The position numbers and the translations under genes are program-made. A stretch of 64,000 nucleotides of DNA from Sporopachydermia quercuum (lineage: Eukaryota): positions 1 through 64,000 of the forward strand of contig BCGN01000002.1 in NCBI GenBank assembly GCA_001599295.1, written 5' to 3'. Positions 50,641-61,597 of the stretch are shown piece by piece. The notes under the pieces are model-generated. The model was given only the letters and a program-made list of their open reading frames with translations, did not search any database and was not told the DNA's origin. The stretch's first letter is position 1; each line of letters opens with the position of its first letter.

Positions 50641-51681
50641 TGTATAACACTTCGGCTTTTCCTCGGTTGTCAAGTTTACTTCTTTAGATAAGTTTCTAAG
50701 TTAATGAGTAAATAAATCAGAAACTGTATTAGTTTCTAGTCAGAGGATCAGTCGAAATTTGAAAGCTTCCAATGGTGACCAACGTCCAATGTCTAATATC
50801 CAATGTGGTTCATGGATTGTGTTTTTCTGTTTTACAGTCATCATACAACATAAAGACTGAATATAAAGTATCCTGAAAGGGAGGAGGTTACCTCCCAAAG
50901 GAAATTAGAAGTTTCATTATTTCGGAAATTGTAGTCATTCTATAGTTTCCGGAATTGTAACTTTATTCTCATACCTCCTGCTTACCGAGCTTCAACATTC
51001 ACTTCATTGACATTTTTATTGTTGAGTTGGAATGCCGAAGGAAAACTACCATACTAATTTCAGCTCATTTAATTAAAACAGAATGATTCTATTTATAATC
51101 TGCTAAATTAGCGAATACATGTTGACAAACATAATTGAAATACCGAAATTCGTACATATGGAAAGGTCTTGACCAACCTAGATACTTTGCTCAAACTCAA
51201 AGTCTATCTGGTACGGACTTTAACTTGAAACATCGGGCTAGCAATATAATTATGTACCAATGGTAGACATTTAGGTTAGGTTCTCGTTTAATCTAAACAA
51301 ACTGCAAAGTTTATTCTATTGATTACGAAAGGCTATTGTGTTAGTAGGTTAATATTGAATGTATGGTGATGGCACTTATATCTCGTAGACGTGAAAATAA
51401 CTGATTGATTGTTGGTATCCTTGTATTTTGTTGATATATAATATGACAAATATGTGATATTAACATGAGATAACCTGCGGATAAACACCTTGATTAAGTG
51501 ATAGTAATAGCGATTTTGGAATAATTAAGAGTAAGATTAACGGATTAGCATTTGACTGCTTAGACCATACTACATTTACTATTAAAATAGATCTTGGAAA
51601 TTACACTTATTCGAATTGGATTAACGAGAAGATTAATTTGGGAAGTAGCCATGTGAAGAGAGGAATAAAAGGATTACGAGC

Positions 51682-51935
51682 AAAAATATCCTGTAGAACA
51701 AAAGGGTAAGAGTCCCCCTGATTGTGATGATATTCAGTATGAATACAAACCATGAAATTGTGGCCTATCGATCCTTTAGTCCCTCGGAATTTGAGGCTAG
51801 AGGTGCCAGAAAAGTTACCACATGTATAACTGGCTTATGGCAGTCAAGTATTCATAACGACATTGCTCATTGGTCATTCGATGTCGGGCTCTTCCTGTCA
51901 TACCGAAGCAGAATTCGGTAAGCGTTGGATTGTTC
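51682..51935 (+). pseudogene. Isolated, mutated fragment of 25S (LSU) rRNA domain V
   Basis: GTAGAACAAAAGGGTAA..GTGGCCTATCGATCCTTTAGTCCCTCGGAATTTGAGGCTAGAGGTGCCAGAAAAGTTACCAC..GCAGAATTCGGTAAGCGTTGGATTGTTC. The conserved ACAGGGATAAC reads ACATGTATAAC, and no flanking rDNA is present. Confidence 0.92.
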
Positions 51936-52495
51936 CGTCACTAAGCTATCCCATATCTACACTACGCATCTATTTCTCAATAGATATACGCCTTGATAGC
52001 ATGCCAACTTGTACTTCTGCCAAGGATACCTACCTGATGATAATATGAACTAATAATATTATTTACAGCTGTAAAGTATAGTATTATTTACCTTTGCTTT
52101 TGCAATTTCCGTTATTGGGTGCTACAATACTGAAAACGTGCGCTATTTTCAGTGAGTTAGTATTATGAATTGTTTAGTTCTGATCACTTGAAATAACATT
52201 CCTATTCGTAGGTAGTAGATTACTTTTTTTGTTCCGCTATTTCAGCTATTGAGTTCCAATCGCGACCGCAGTAATGTGAGGAGCTTTCATTCGAACATGA
52301 GATTTTAGACTTTCATTCCATTAAAATATAAAAGTTCTTTTTTTCTCAATAATTCTTGTTTCTAAGGTGAATATTCAAAAACTTAGACTATTGATTGTTA
52401 GAAGCTTCTTGGATTTCTAGTTTTCATTCAACCTCTATATTTTTCTTACATCTAGTATTTTGAGCACTTTTTCTGTAATTTCGAATCTGAATAGA

Positions 52496-53632
52496 ATGAT
52501 TTTGAAGTCAAAGTTTACTCACATCCTTATTGCTGCGTGTGTCACACTGGTCATCATAATTTTGGAAGAAACTACTTTACAGCTTATCACAAGTAAAGCA
52601 GCTGAGCATAAATCATTTTCTTACTTCGATAATACTGGAGCAAACAGTAAGGACTATGCGAATAATGAATGTATTCCCAATGACCTTCATATGGTTTATG
52701 TTCTAATCAAGGATCCTACAGAAGATCTTGTACTACATTTTAAACACTTTCTATCTGTTTATTCTGCGTACTATTTTTGGAAACCTCGTACTATTTACTT
52801 CCACACTAATATGCCAGATGAAAATCTCGAAAGGGCACTCAATGGTGAAATGGGAAAGTGGACTGAAAGTATATTGAAACTTCCAGGTGTGAAAGTAAAC
52901 TACGTCGAAGCAGTTAAAACAACAAATACAGGGGCTAAAATTTGGGGACCAGAGCATGTTTCGGACTTTATCAGAGTGGCTGTGGTTAAAGAATTGGGAG
53001 GTATTTACATAGATTTGGACGCATTTGCTCTTAGAGATATCAGAGATTATAGGTGTAGTGGTTTCAAAACAGTGTGTGGCAGACAACCTGGAGGATCCAT
53101 TAATAGTGGTGTCTTCTTTTCTGTCAAAAATTCTGAGGCTTTGACCCTTTGGAAAGAAGAAATGCACAGAGTATACAATGGGAAATGGATTACTCACAGC
53201 AATCAGGCTTTGAAAAGAGTAGTTGAAAGATTGTCAAGGGAACAGAATGAAGTTTTAATAATGCAGGAGATAACTTTTGCACCTGTCAGTTGGAAACATG
53301 ATTCACAAGTAAGATTATTCGAAGTTCATGAGGATGCTATTAATAATCTAGAGCTTATTGATATTGAAGGGAAAGACCTTCCTGAATATATAGAAGAGTT
53401 TGATGGTAGTTGGAATAACTCCAATGACGTTCCCTCGTGGGACGTTGACTTTTCACAGGTTGCAATATTACATTCTTTCGAATCAGGACCAAAGGGAATT
53501 CCGGGGTTTAAGGAAATATCCCCTTCATATATATTGGCAAGACAGAGTGTCTTTGCAAGAGCCCTATACCCTGTCGTCCGGGATATGGTTATAAATGATT
53601 GGATATCAACTACAGATATAGAGGAACCATAA
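52496..53632 (+). CDS. Glycosyltransferase family 32-like (DxD sugar-binding) type II membrane protein
   Basis: TM helix, then CIPNDLHMVY, FLSVYSAYYFWKPRTIYFHT, EHVSDFIRVAVVKELGGIYIDLD and INSGVF. Confidence 0.82.
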   Translation: MILKSKFTHILIAACVTLVIIILEETTLQLITSKAAEHKSFSYFDNTGANSKDYANNECIPNDLHMVYVLIKDPTEDLVLHFKHFLSVYSAYYFWKPRTIYFHTNMPDENLERALNGEMGKWTESILKLPGVKVNYVEAVKTTNTGAKIWGPEHVSDFIRVAVVKELGGIYIDLDAFALRDIRDYRCSGFKTVCGRQPGGSINSGVFFSVKNSEALTLWKEEMHRVYNGKWITHSNQALKRVVERLSREQNEVLIMQEITFAPVSWKHDSQVRLFEVHEDAINNLELIDIEGKDLPEYIEEFDGSWNNSNDVPSWDVDFSQVAILHSFESGPKGIPGFKEISPSYILARQSVFARALYPVVRDMVINDWISTTDIEEP

Positions 53633-56391
53633 AAGTAAGCGGGAAGCGGAAGACACTTGAAGATAGAGAATTATATGGGAGATATTGTGAAAGAAGAATT
53701 TATAAGGAGTTCCAAGACAGAGATAAGTTCTCAGGAATTATTTTGATATTCATAAGTACCAGATTGATTGGTTATCTTTCTTTTTTCTCTTATCTATCAG
53801 CCAGATGATCTGAATAAATAACCATTGAATGGATTAAGTAAGCAATTTTATACAAAATCATAATTTTACCATGGTATTATGTAAACAAAAGGATTGAAAA
53901 CTATTTGGTTAAGCATCAATTAACTTTTAATCATTTCGTTGATGATGATTTCTTTTGACTGGAAAAAGACTAACAATTGTGATAGCCGGATTCATTTCAA
54001 AGCTTTGTAGAAGCAACTGCTTTCTACAGAATAAAGTTTATTCTCATTTTTCAGTTGCTTTTTCTCTCTGCCAAGGCCAGTAAGTCATACTTCACATTTG
54101 GGAATACGACTTTCTGTTTTTTATGTTTATCTGTGGTACATTACAATTATGAAAATGTATATAGCATGTGTGCAAAATGATAAATTAATGTGCATGGGCT
54201 ATAGGTAGAACTTTTCCGACAAATGTAGCTGAAGGTAAAATCGCCACCCGCGATCAGTAGTCTGAAGACAGCATTTTCAATTGATAGATAGAAGTTAGAG
54301 CAGTATTTTTTTCTCTTTACGGGGAGACTTGTCATTCACCAAGCTCTATATAATATTTCAGAATAAGCCAGCTTAAATTCAATTAATTAAAGAGATTCAT
54401 TTAAAGTTTCGCTTAATCTCATCAGACTAAACTGTAATTTAGTGTATAGGTATCGGGAAACTATTGTAATGTAAAATCTGGTTCAATTTGAGGATTGGTT
54501 GCTCATGCTATGAGCAGTACTCAGTCCGCATTTTCGATATGAGATTCCATGCTTATTGCAACAAGAAACAAAAGGGGTATTGTATTACTTTTCATCAGAT
54601 GTCAGAGCGAAAGCACGATACGTTTTGTGCTATAACTGACAATTGGATTTATATCGATGGTCTTATTGTTTGACTTTATGCTTTTGACATCAAGCAATAA
54701 CATACGTATCTCATCGCCATGTTGATCAAAACTGCTGCCTAAATCCTCTATAAACCTGGGGGCCTTAGGTACATATTTTACTAATGGAGGGGGTTATAAA
54801 TCTTATATGAAAATTAAATATGGAAAGCATCAACAAATGATAAAGATGAATCTCGACAATTTAAATCAACTGTCAGTTAAATTGATACTCCTCTCAACCA
54901 TTATAGTTATTATTCAAATTCTTGTGAACTAAAGAAATATCGATAGCTTAGTGGTACGGGACCCTTTAGTGAATGTTTAAACTTTCATATGTATACGGAA
55001 TGAGACTTCCAAACTTTATGTACCCTTGGCCATTAATGTTAAATCATTATTAAGGTTATTACAAATTACGTTCATGTAACTTTCTGTCCTGTCATTCTAA
55101 CATCAACTGTACACCTGATTAGTTCAGATCTAGAATTTGCTTAGGCTGTGCTAAGAGCATTTAAGATTCCGTTTGGCTATACTTAGGAAACTGCAGGAAT
55201 GAGCTAAAAGAAAGCGATTATGTGATCAATACTATATACATTGTTTGAGGTAAAGTTGTAAAGGATTGGATTTATATACTGCTATACTTATAAGAGAATA
55301 AAGCGTATGAAGGATCACATTCAGACTAAAGAGAACTAAAGAGGAAGATTTCGTACGTGAGGAGAGTGTACGAGAGAGGGGTGATTGGTGTGGCAGTGCA
55401 GTGGAAAGCACTGGGAAGGGGGAATGTGATAAAGAAATTGGTTGGGAGGAAGAGGTATATGAAGAAGGATAATCCATGATATGTTTTCCTGTAGCTGAAA
55501 TAATGCAGGGATACGTCAATCTTACATAAATTCGAAAATTGTATTGGACTGACGTGTAACCAGCTTAATGTTCTCCTCAAATCTGAACAACATCAAATAA
55601 GAATAAAAATAAATCTCAAGCCATGTTATCCAGGGTGCATAATGGCTATTACCTACATAACAAATTGATTTATATCATGATCAATATTCTTAATACCTAT
55701 TGACTATGTAGTTCAGAGTAAAACTGAGATTGAATTTGTTTTTGCATAAGTTTTGTTCCATTTTCTCCGATTTATTTAAAGGCATATTTTACTCATTTAA
55801 AATGTAAATTGATTCTCCCTTCTTCGATCCCTTTTTTCTATCACTCCACTTCGCTTTTCCTTTTAGTTTCCTTTTGTTCACTTGATTTCTGTATCTTTTC
55901 ATTCATTTGATTGATTTGTTGGATCTAATATTAGCAATTAATGCACTGTAACGTACTTAGCTACTGAAGCTTCAATTGCCTTGTTTACTTTTTTTTTTGA
56001 TAGATCCCACCCATGAACTGTATCTGTCCAGAATCAATTGAGAGGCATTGCTTATCAACTTCATCGTCATCATAATATAATATGAAATAGTATCAGGCAG
56101 ATATTACCGTTTTATCTGTTATATTATTACTATACTTAATATTATAGCTATTAACCCTACCAATCTATCGATATCACCTGACTTCCGATATTCATTCTCA
56201 ACATTGGATTATCTCTATTCCTTGTTGATCCTCTCTTAACTACTACTGCTATATTTACCTACTATCTACTGGTAAACCTTATCACCAGAAGTAGAATCTT
56301 TCCAATAATATTTTATTGCTTTTTGGAGGTTTTCTCAATTTCTTTTTTATCTCTTAGCGTCCTAGCATCGTCAGAACTCTCATCTTCCATC

Positions 56392-57371
56392 ATGAAATAT
56401 TCTCCTGACTATCGGTTATACCTGGTGACAGACTCATCAATGGTACCTGTAAATTCTACCTTTCTCAACCAAATATCTCTTGCATTAGAATCGGGGGTGA
56501 CTATTGTACAATTGAGAGAGAAGAATGCAGAGACTGGTGATTTCATCAAACTTGCTCGTGATGTGCATGAATTGACTCTTAAACATAAAGTACCACTATT
56601 GATCAATGATAGAGTAGATGTAGCATTAGCAGTTGATGCTGAAGGTGTTCATGTTGGTCAAGATGATATTGGTAAGTATTATTTATAGGTTATGTTGTGG
56701 ATTACTTGTTCGATGGTTTATAGGTTATTGGAATGGAAAAGTTAGATCAAAGGAATGTGGGTTATGGTAGTAATGGTGTGGTACAGGAATATGAATAGCA
56801 AGCATCAATCGAAGATAGTTGGTCAAAAGCAATCAAACGGAATAAAAAAGTGGAACAATAGTCAAAACAGTTAAATCAATAAGCCCAGTAGAACCGCTGA
56901 AAACCGTAAAACAAGAAATTGTCATCATCATTAATTTTTATTTTCATGTTCTCGGCTTATTCAAATGTCATGGCTCCTTAACTCTTATTCAGGGAAAGCA
57001 AGTTTTATGGATCACATTGTACCGTCTCATACTCAATCTCATCCGAGAAGTAAGCCTTTCTAGTGTTTTTGCTGCAACTTGCCGGAAAAGTGTGGTTTAA
57101 TCTATTGTTTTTCTCAGCATGGATCAATGAATAAGCAAAAGAGTTGGTGACCAAGCAGTTCAAAAGCGAAAAGGTTATCTATGAAATATGAGAACTGTGA
57201 ATCCCAATTTCCCGAGAAATTATGTTTCAAAAGAAAAAACAAAGGGATGGTCAAAGTTAGTTGGTTGTTTGTGGTTCAGTTCTTCTGTTATTTGAATGGC
57301 TCACGAAAGTCCATACTTGGTTCAGATTTATTTTATTACAAAGGCCTCGGTTCCCAATTCCTATTAACTAT

Positions 57372-57451
<80 letters not shown>

Positions 57452-57805
57452 TTACTACTACTAACACCCATTGAATAGATGTAGTGACATTGAGAGAAAT
57501 TTTAGGACCAGATAGAATAATTGGCTTGAGTGTCAGTGACCACTATGAAGCTTTAGTTGGCATTAAAACTGGGTAAGTATTAACTGTGATGGTTTGTGGG
57601 TAGTTTATTAGCTTATTACTAGGAAAATGGGATAAGCGTCTTCTGAATGCAATATGCAATTTCAGTAGCAGATATTGATATTGGTGTTCACATTCTAGTA
57701 GTAATAGCATACCAGTGATGCAGATTATTGCGGTGTGCTAGTATAATATTAGCCTTACAAGGGGCAAAAACAACAATACTATTAGTGATACTACAACAAT
57801 ATAGC

Positions 57806-57839
<34 letters not shown>

Positions 57840-59596
57840 GAACCTTACAGTCAAATTGGATCAAATTGGATCAATAAAGTTTGAAATTATATTCGCACGA
57901 TTAAATAACATATTTTTTTATATGTTTCTGAATGGGAATAAGTTTTGTGGTTAGCATTTCCATCTTTATTATTAGTATGAGGATTATTATAGTAACTGTT
58001 ATCGTTATTATTACGAAAGAGAGGGCTAATTCTAGAGTTTCCCTATAGGTATTGGTATCACTAGGGCTATCATTATTGCTTGCTGCTGCGAAGTTTAGTG
58101 TTAAATTTATCACTACCAGGTCGCATGGTCAATCAAACTATTGCTATGGTTAACATGAGTATAATACCGTAGTTTATACTATAGTTAATACTATGGTCAC
58201 TACAGGTATTATTGATAATATCATGGTCCCTTGTTAACGTCCTTACTATTAGAACGAATACCATTATCACAGCTGCTACTGTTATTCTTCTCGGACATCC
58301 TGTTAAACTACCGTCATCAGTTATTTTCTTACTAACCTTGTCGCTAGTGTCGTTGATTACCTTGGTATAGGCCCTGTATTCAATACTGCTACCAAGAAGC
58401 TAACAAAAGCTCCGTTCGGCTTCAGCGGAATCCGTACCGTGTTGGAAACCGTAGCAGCACATGATCCCAATAACCAAATAGCCACTGTTGCTATTGGTGG
58501 TATCAAGCCTTCAAATGTAAGCAATGTTCTTCATTTAGGTTCCACTGTGGGAAGATCTCTTGACGGAGTCGCCGTTGTATCGGCTATTATGGCTAGTGAA
58601 GACGTCCCAACTGCAGTGAAAGAGTTAAAAAGCTTCGTTCATTACTCACTGGATATGGGTTTCCCTGAACTACGACCTCTCGGCTCATCCGAGGTTGAGA
58701 AGTTTTTCGGTATTTTACCAGGTTTGGCGTCCGAAATATTCCAAGCTCGGCCGTTTGTCCATCATATCACCAATGATGTGGTTAAAAACTTTTCTGCTAA
58801 TGTTACTATTGCTATCGGAGGTTCGCCCGCTATGAGTGAATGTTCGGAAGAGTATGATGATTTCAGCAGAATTCCTCGCGGCGGGGTTTTAATTAATATG
58901 GGAACTCCGACAATTGAAGGATTGCAACGGTATGAAACGGCTGTCAATGCTTATAACAAGCAACGAAAGGTCTGCGTTTTTGATCCGGTTGGAGCTGGAG
59001 CTTCTACCCTGAGAAAAGATGCCGTAAAGGCGATTTTAAACTTCGGAAGGTTCAACTGCATTAAAGGAAACGAGGGGGAAATTCTGGTAGCTTCCGGAAA
59101 CGGATCGGACATTAAAATGAGGGGTGTGGACTCGGAGAATAGCTCTAATTTGGATCAACGAGTTAAAGCGGTTAAGAAATTGGCAATTGATTGTAGAACG
59201 GTAGCAGTTATGACTGGAGAGACAGATATAATCTCAGAAGGAGTCATTTCGGATGGTGCAAATGGTTTGCAGAGTCCCGATTCGGCAGATTATCTACGGA
59301 CTTTTACAGTTGGCAATGGACATACCTTTATGGGAGAAATTACTGGTTCTGGATGCTCGTTAGGATCTGTGGTAACTACTTTTCTAGCGGGAAACAGCAC
59401 TCATGATCCTATTTATGCTGTTTTATTCGCTGTTTTGGTTTATTCATTAGCAGGAGAATATGCAGGGTTGCAATCTGGTGTTACTGGTCCTGGAACGTTT
59501 GTTCCAGCATTTATTGATCAATTGTATCAGACTCGAGTAGAATGTCAACGCGGAGATTATACAAGGTTTCAGAAAGCAAAAGTGCTTTCGCTTTAA
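56392..59596 (+). CDS. THI6: Bifunctional thiamine-phosphate synthase / hydroxyethylthiazole kinase. Exons 56392-56671, 57479-57572, 58348-59596
   Basis: DYRLYLVTDS, GVTIVQLREK, LINDRVDVALAVDAEGVHVGQDD, DYLGIGPV, HHITNDVVKNFSAN and ITGSGCSLG. Two GTAAGT..TACTAAC..TAG introns keep the frame. Confidence 0.93.
57362..57462. repeat. (TAC)n microsatellite in THI6 intron 1
   Basis: About 100 bp of near-perfect TAC repeats running into TACTAAC at 57459-57465. Confidence 0.95.
57806..57838. repeat. (AAT)n microsatellite in THI6 intron 2
   Basis: Read directly. Confidence 0.9.
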
Positions 59597-59882
59597 GTGT
59601 GAGGATTGTTGATTTTATTGTTGATTTCTTGCTTTATTGTTGTATAATGAATAATGATAGTTGAAATTTTTCGGAAATGATGTTAGAAAATCCATTATTA
59701 ATGATAACGTATTCATAAGAAGAGTATTCTGGAACTACGAAACTTTAATTCCAAACTAAGAAAAGTGGTAATAGCGGAAACTATACAAGAAAACAAAAAA
59801 TGAAATTCCGGAAACTATTACCAGCAGATTGTGCCAGCCCTTACTCTCTCAAGACCATTCCAAATAGCATAATGTATAACCC

Positions 59883-60794
59883 TTAAATTTCGTAAGATAA
59901 ACTGCTTCTTTCAGCAAAAGGAAGCTCTTTGTTTGGCTTAAAGTTGACCTTGGCTTCAGCCCGTAATTCTTCCATTTGCTCTTCTGTCAGTGGCTCAACA
60001 GCTTGCCATGGTGGTAGAAACTGAAACTTGCCTAGGGCAAAGTCTCGATCGGATATCAAAGATAATCCATAAATCTGCGTTCGAACATACTTCACCATAA
60101 TTTCCAAATTCTTGAAATCAACATTAACGTCTCCGTTAAACAAATTTCTCCACAATGCAGTTGCTAAAGCTGTGTCAGTTGTAACTAAGGCTTCATCGTA
60201 GGCCATAGAGGCACCGCGCATTTGGTTACTGAAATCTTTAGCATATGCGTCCACAAGTCTATTAGAATGAATTTTGAATTCTTTTTTCAGTCTGTAATCA
60301 ATATCAACAAAAGTACGATCTACTAGCTTTTGGCGATAGTGTTTGCTATATTTGGCTGGTAAAGCTCTCATACGAACAAACAACATCCATTCATGCAATA
60401 AACAAATTTGGTACCATTGTTCAAATGTCATGGGCAATCCCAGCGTCTTATAGTAGAATTTTGCAGTTTCTGATAATGGTTCTTCAGGTTTAACCAAGCC
60501 TTGAGCTCTGCACATTTCATAGTATACTGAACCTGCAATAGGACCTGCACGCAGTCTATCTGGATCAAGTCTAAATAACGTGACGAATATCGCAGTGAGT
60601 TTTTGTTGCCACGTTGAAATCTTGTAACCCTTTTGTTCGTATTTCATAGTACCAACAACGCCTGTAGTATTGGGTTCATCAGACTTCTTGGCCTTCGCAG
60701 CAAGAATACTTGATGAATGAACGTATCTGGCTGAAGGTCGCAAGTTGGCTCTGAAAGCCCCCTGGCGGATAATTTGGCGTCTTATTGCCCACAT
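59883..60794 (-). CDS. CBP3: Mitochondrial cytochrome bc1 assembly chaperone
   Basis: Arg-rich presequence, then LGLPMTFEQWYQICLLHEWMLFVRMRA, MRGASMAYDEAL and LATALWRNLF. Confidence 0.9.
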   Translation of the reverse strand: MWAIRRQIIRQGAFRANLRPSARYVHSSSILAAKAKKSDEPNTTGVVGTMKYEQKGYKISTWQQKLTAIFVTLFRLDPDRLRAGPIAGSVYYEMCRAQGLVKPEEPLSETAKFYYKTLGLPMTFEQWYQICLLHEWMLFVRMRALPAKYSKHYRQKLVDRTFVDIDYRLKKEFKIHSNRLVDAYAKDFSNQMRGASMAYDEALVTTDTALATALWRNLFNGDVNVDFKNLEIMVKYVRTQIYGLSLISDRDFALGKFQFLPPWQAVEPLTEEQMEELRAEAKVNFKPNKELPFAERSSLSYEI

Positions 60795-61597
60795 TTCGCT
60801 ATTGGGAATACTGTTTATGCTGCAGAAGAAGGGTGGAAAGAGTTGAGGGCTCTGAAAGCTTCACTATGAATCAATGGGACATCCGAATTGAATTACAGCA
60901 GTATCGGAACGGAAAAGCCAGCATTTTTTTTCACTTGGAAGAACCATGAAGAGAGTACACCCAAAAGCCTGAAACCTTACAGGAGACTTGATGTTAAACT
61001 AAGGTAATGAAATGAGACACGATGTTGGGAGGACGAGAACGTATTTGATTAAGATTTGTCGAAAAGGATGACGATGATTTTGAGTGTAACTTGGTAGCTA
61101 GTTTAAAGGTTATGCAATTGGAAATGTGGTTTTGGTTTTGGTTTTGTATTATTTTTGCCTTTGGAATGATACTTGTCTCGATGCTAGCCAAATCCTTCTC
61201 TACTAAACGGCTTATCTCTAGAGTTTCCCTCCCTACTCATATAGCGCAAGTAGTAGAAGTCACATGACTTTATTTAGTCGTTTGACCATTGACAGACCGA
61301 AGAAGGATTATTCAGCAGAGCTCCAAACGATTCAAAGGAATTTCTTAACCCTATCTCTTTTTATTTTTATCCGTACTCGTAAGGACAGTCTGTCTGTTGA
61401 GTTTCCTGATTGAATATAAGCATCATATGTTACGAACTAACCACACAGGACTTGATGATCTGTAGTCAAAAGATACACGATGGGACCCTACAACATCAAT
61501 ATCCAATAATATACCTATTTATACAAACACATTAACTACAAAAACTCATACTATACAACATCATAATAGCAGACCTCATCTCATCCCATCTACTATA

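Larger units (their letters stand above)
43000..50975. repeat. Inner arm of the ~8 kb inverted segmental duplication
   Basis: Reverse-complement homolog of about 96-8500. Confidence 0.92.

Noticed and set aside
51000..51680. Possible mitochondrial or further rRNA-derived insert upstream of the 25S fragment
   Set aside because: Only vague short resemblances such as TTTGACTG. Not supportable without an alignment.
51724..52048. Short ORFs, or a functional rRNA gene
   Set aside because: The ORFs overlap the rRNA fragment. The fragment is short, mutated and has no rDNA context.
57181..57474. Poly-Thr and poly-Tyr ORFs
   Set aside because: They are translations of the intronic (TAC)n microsatellite.
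56672..58347. TPP riboswitch in the long THI6 introns
   Set aside because: I could not find the CTGAGA...TGATC..GG.TAAT.CC aptamer core. An Rfam TPP cmsearch would settle it.
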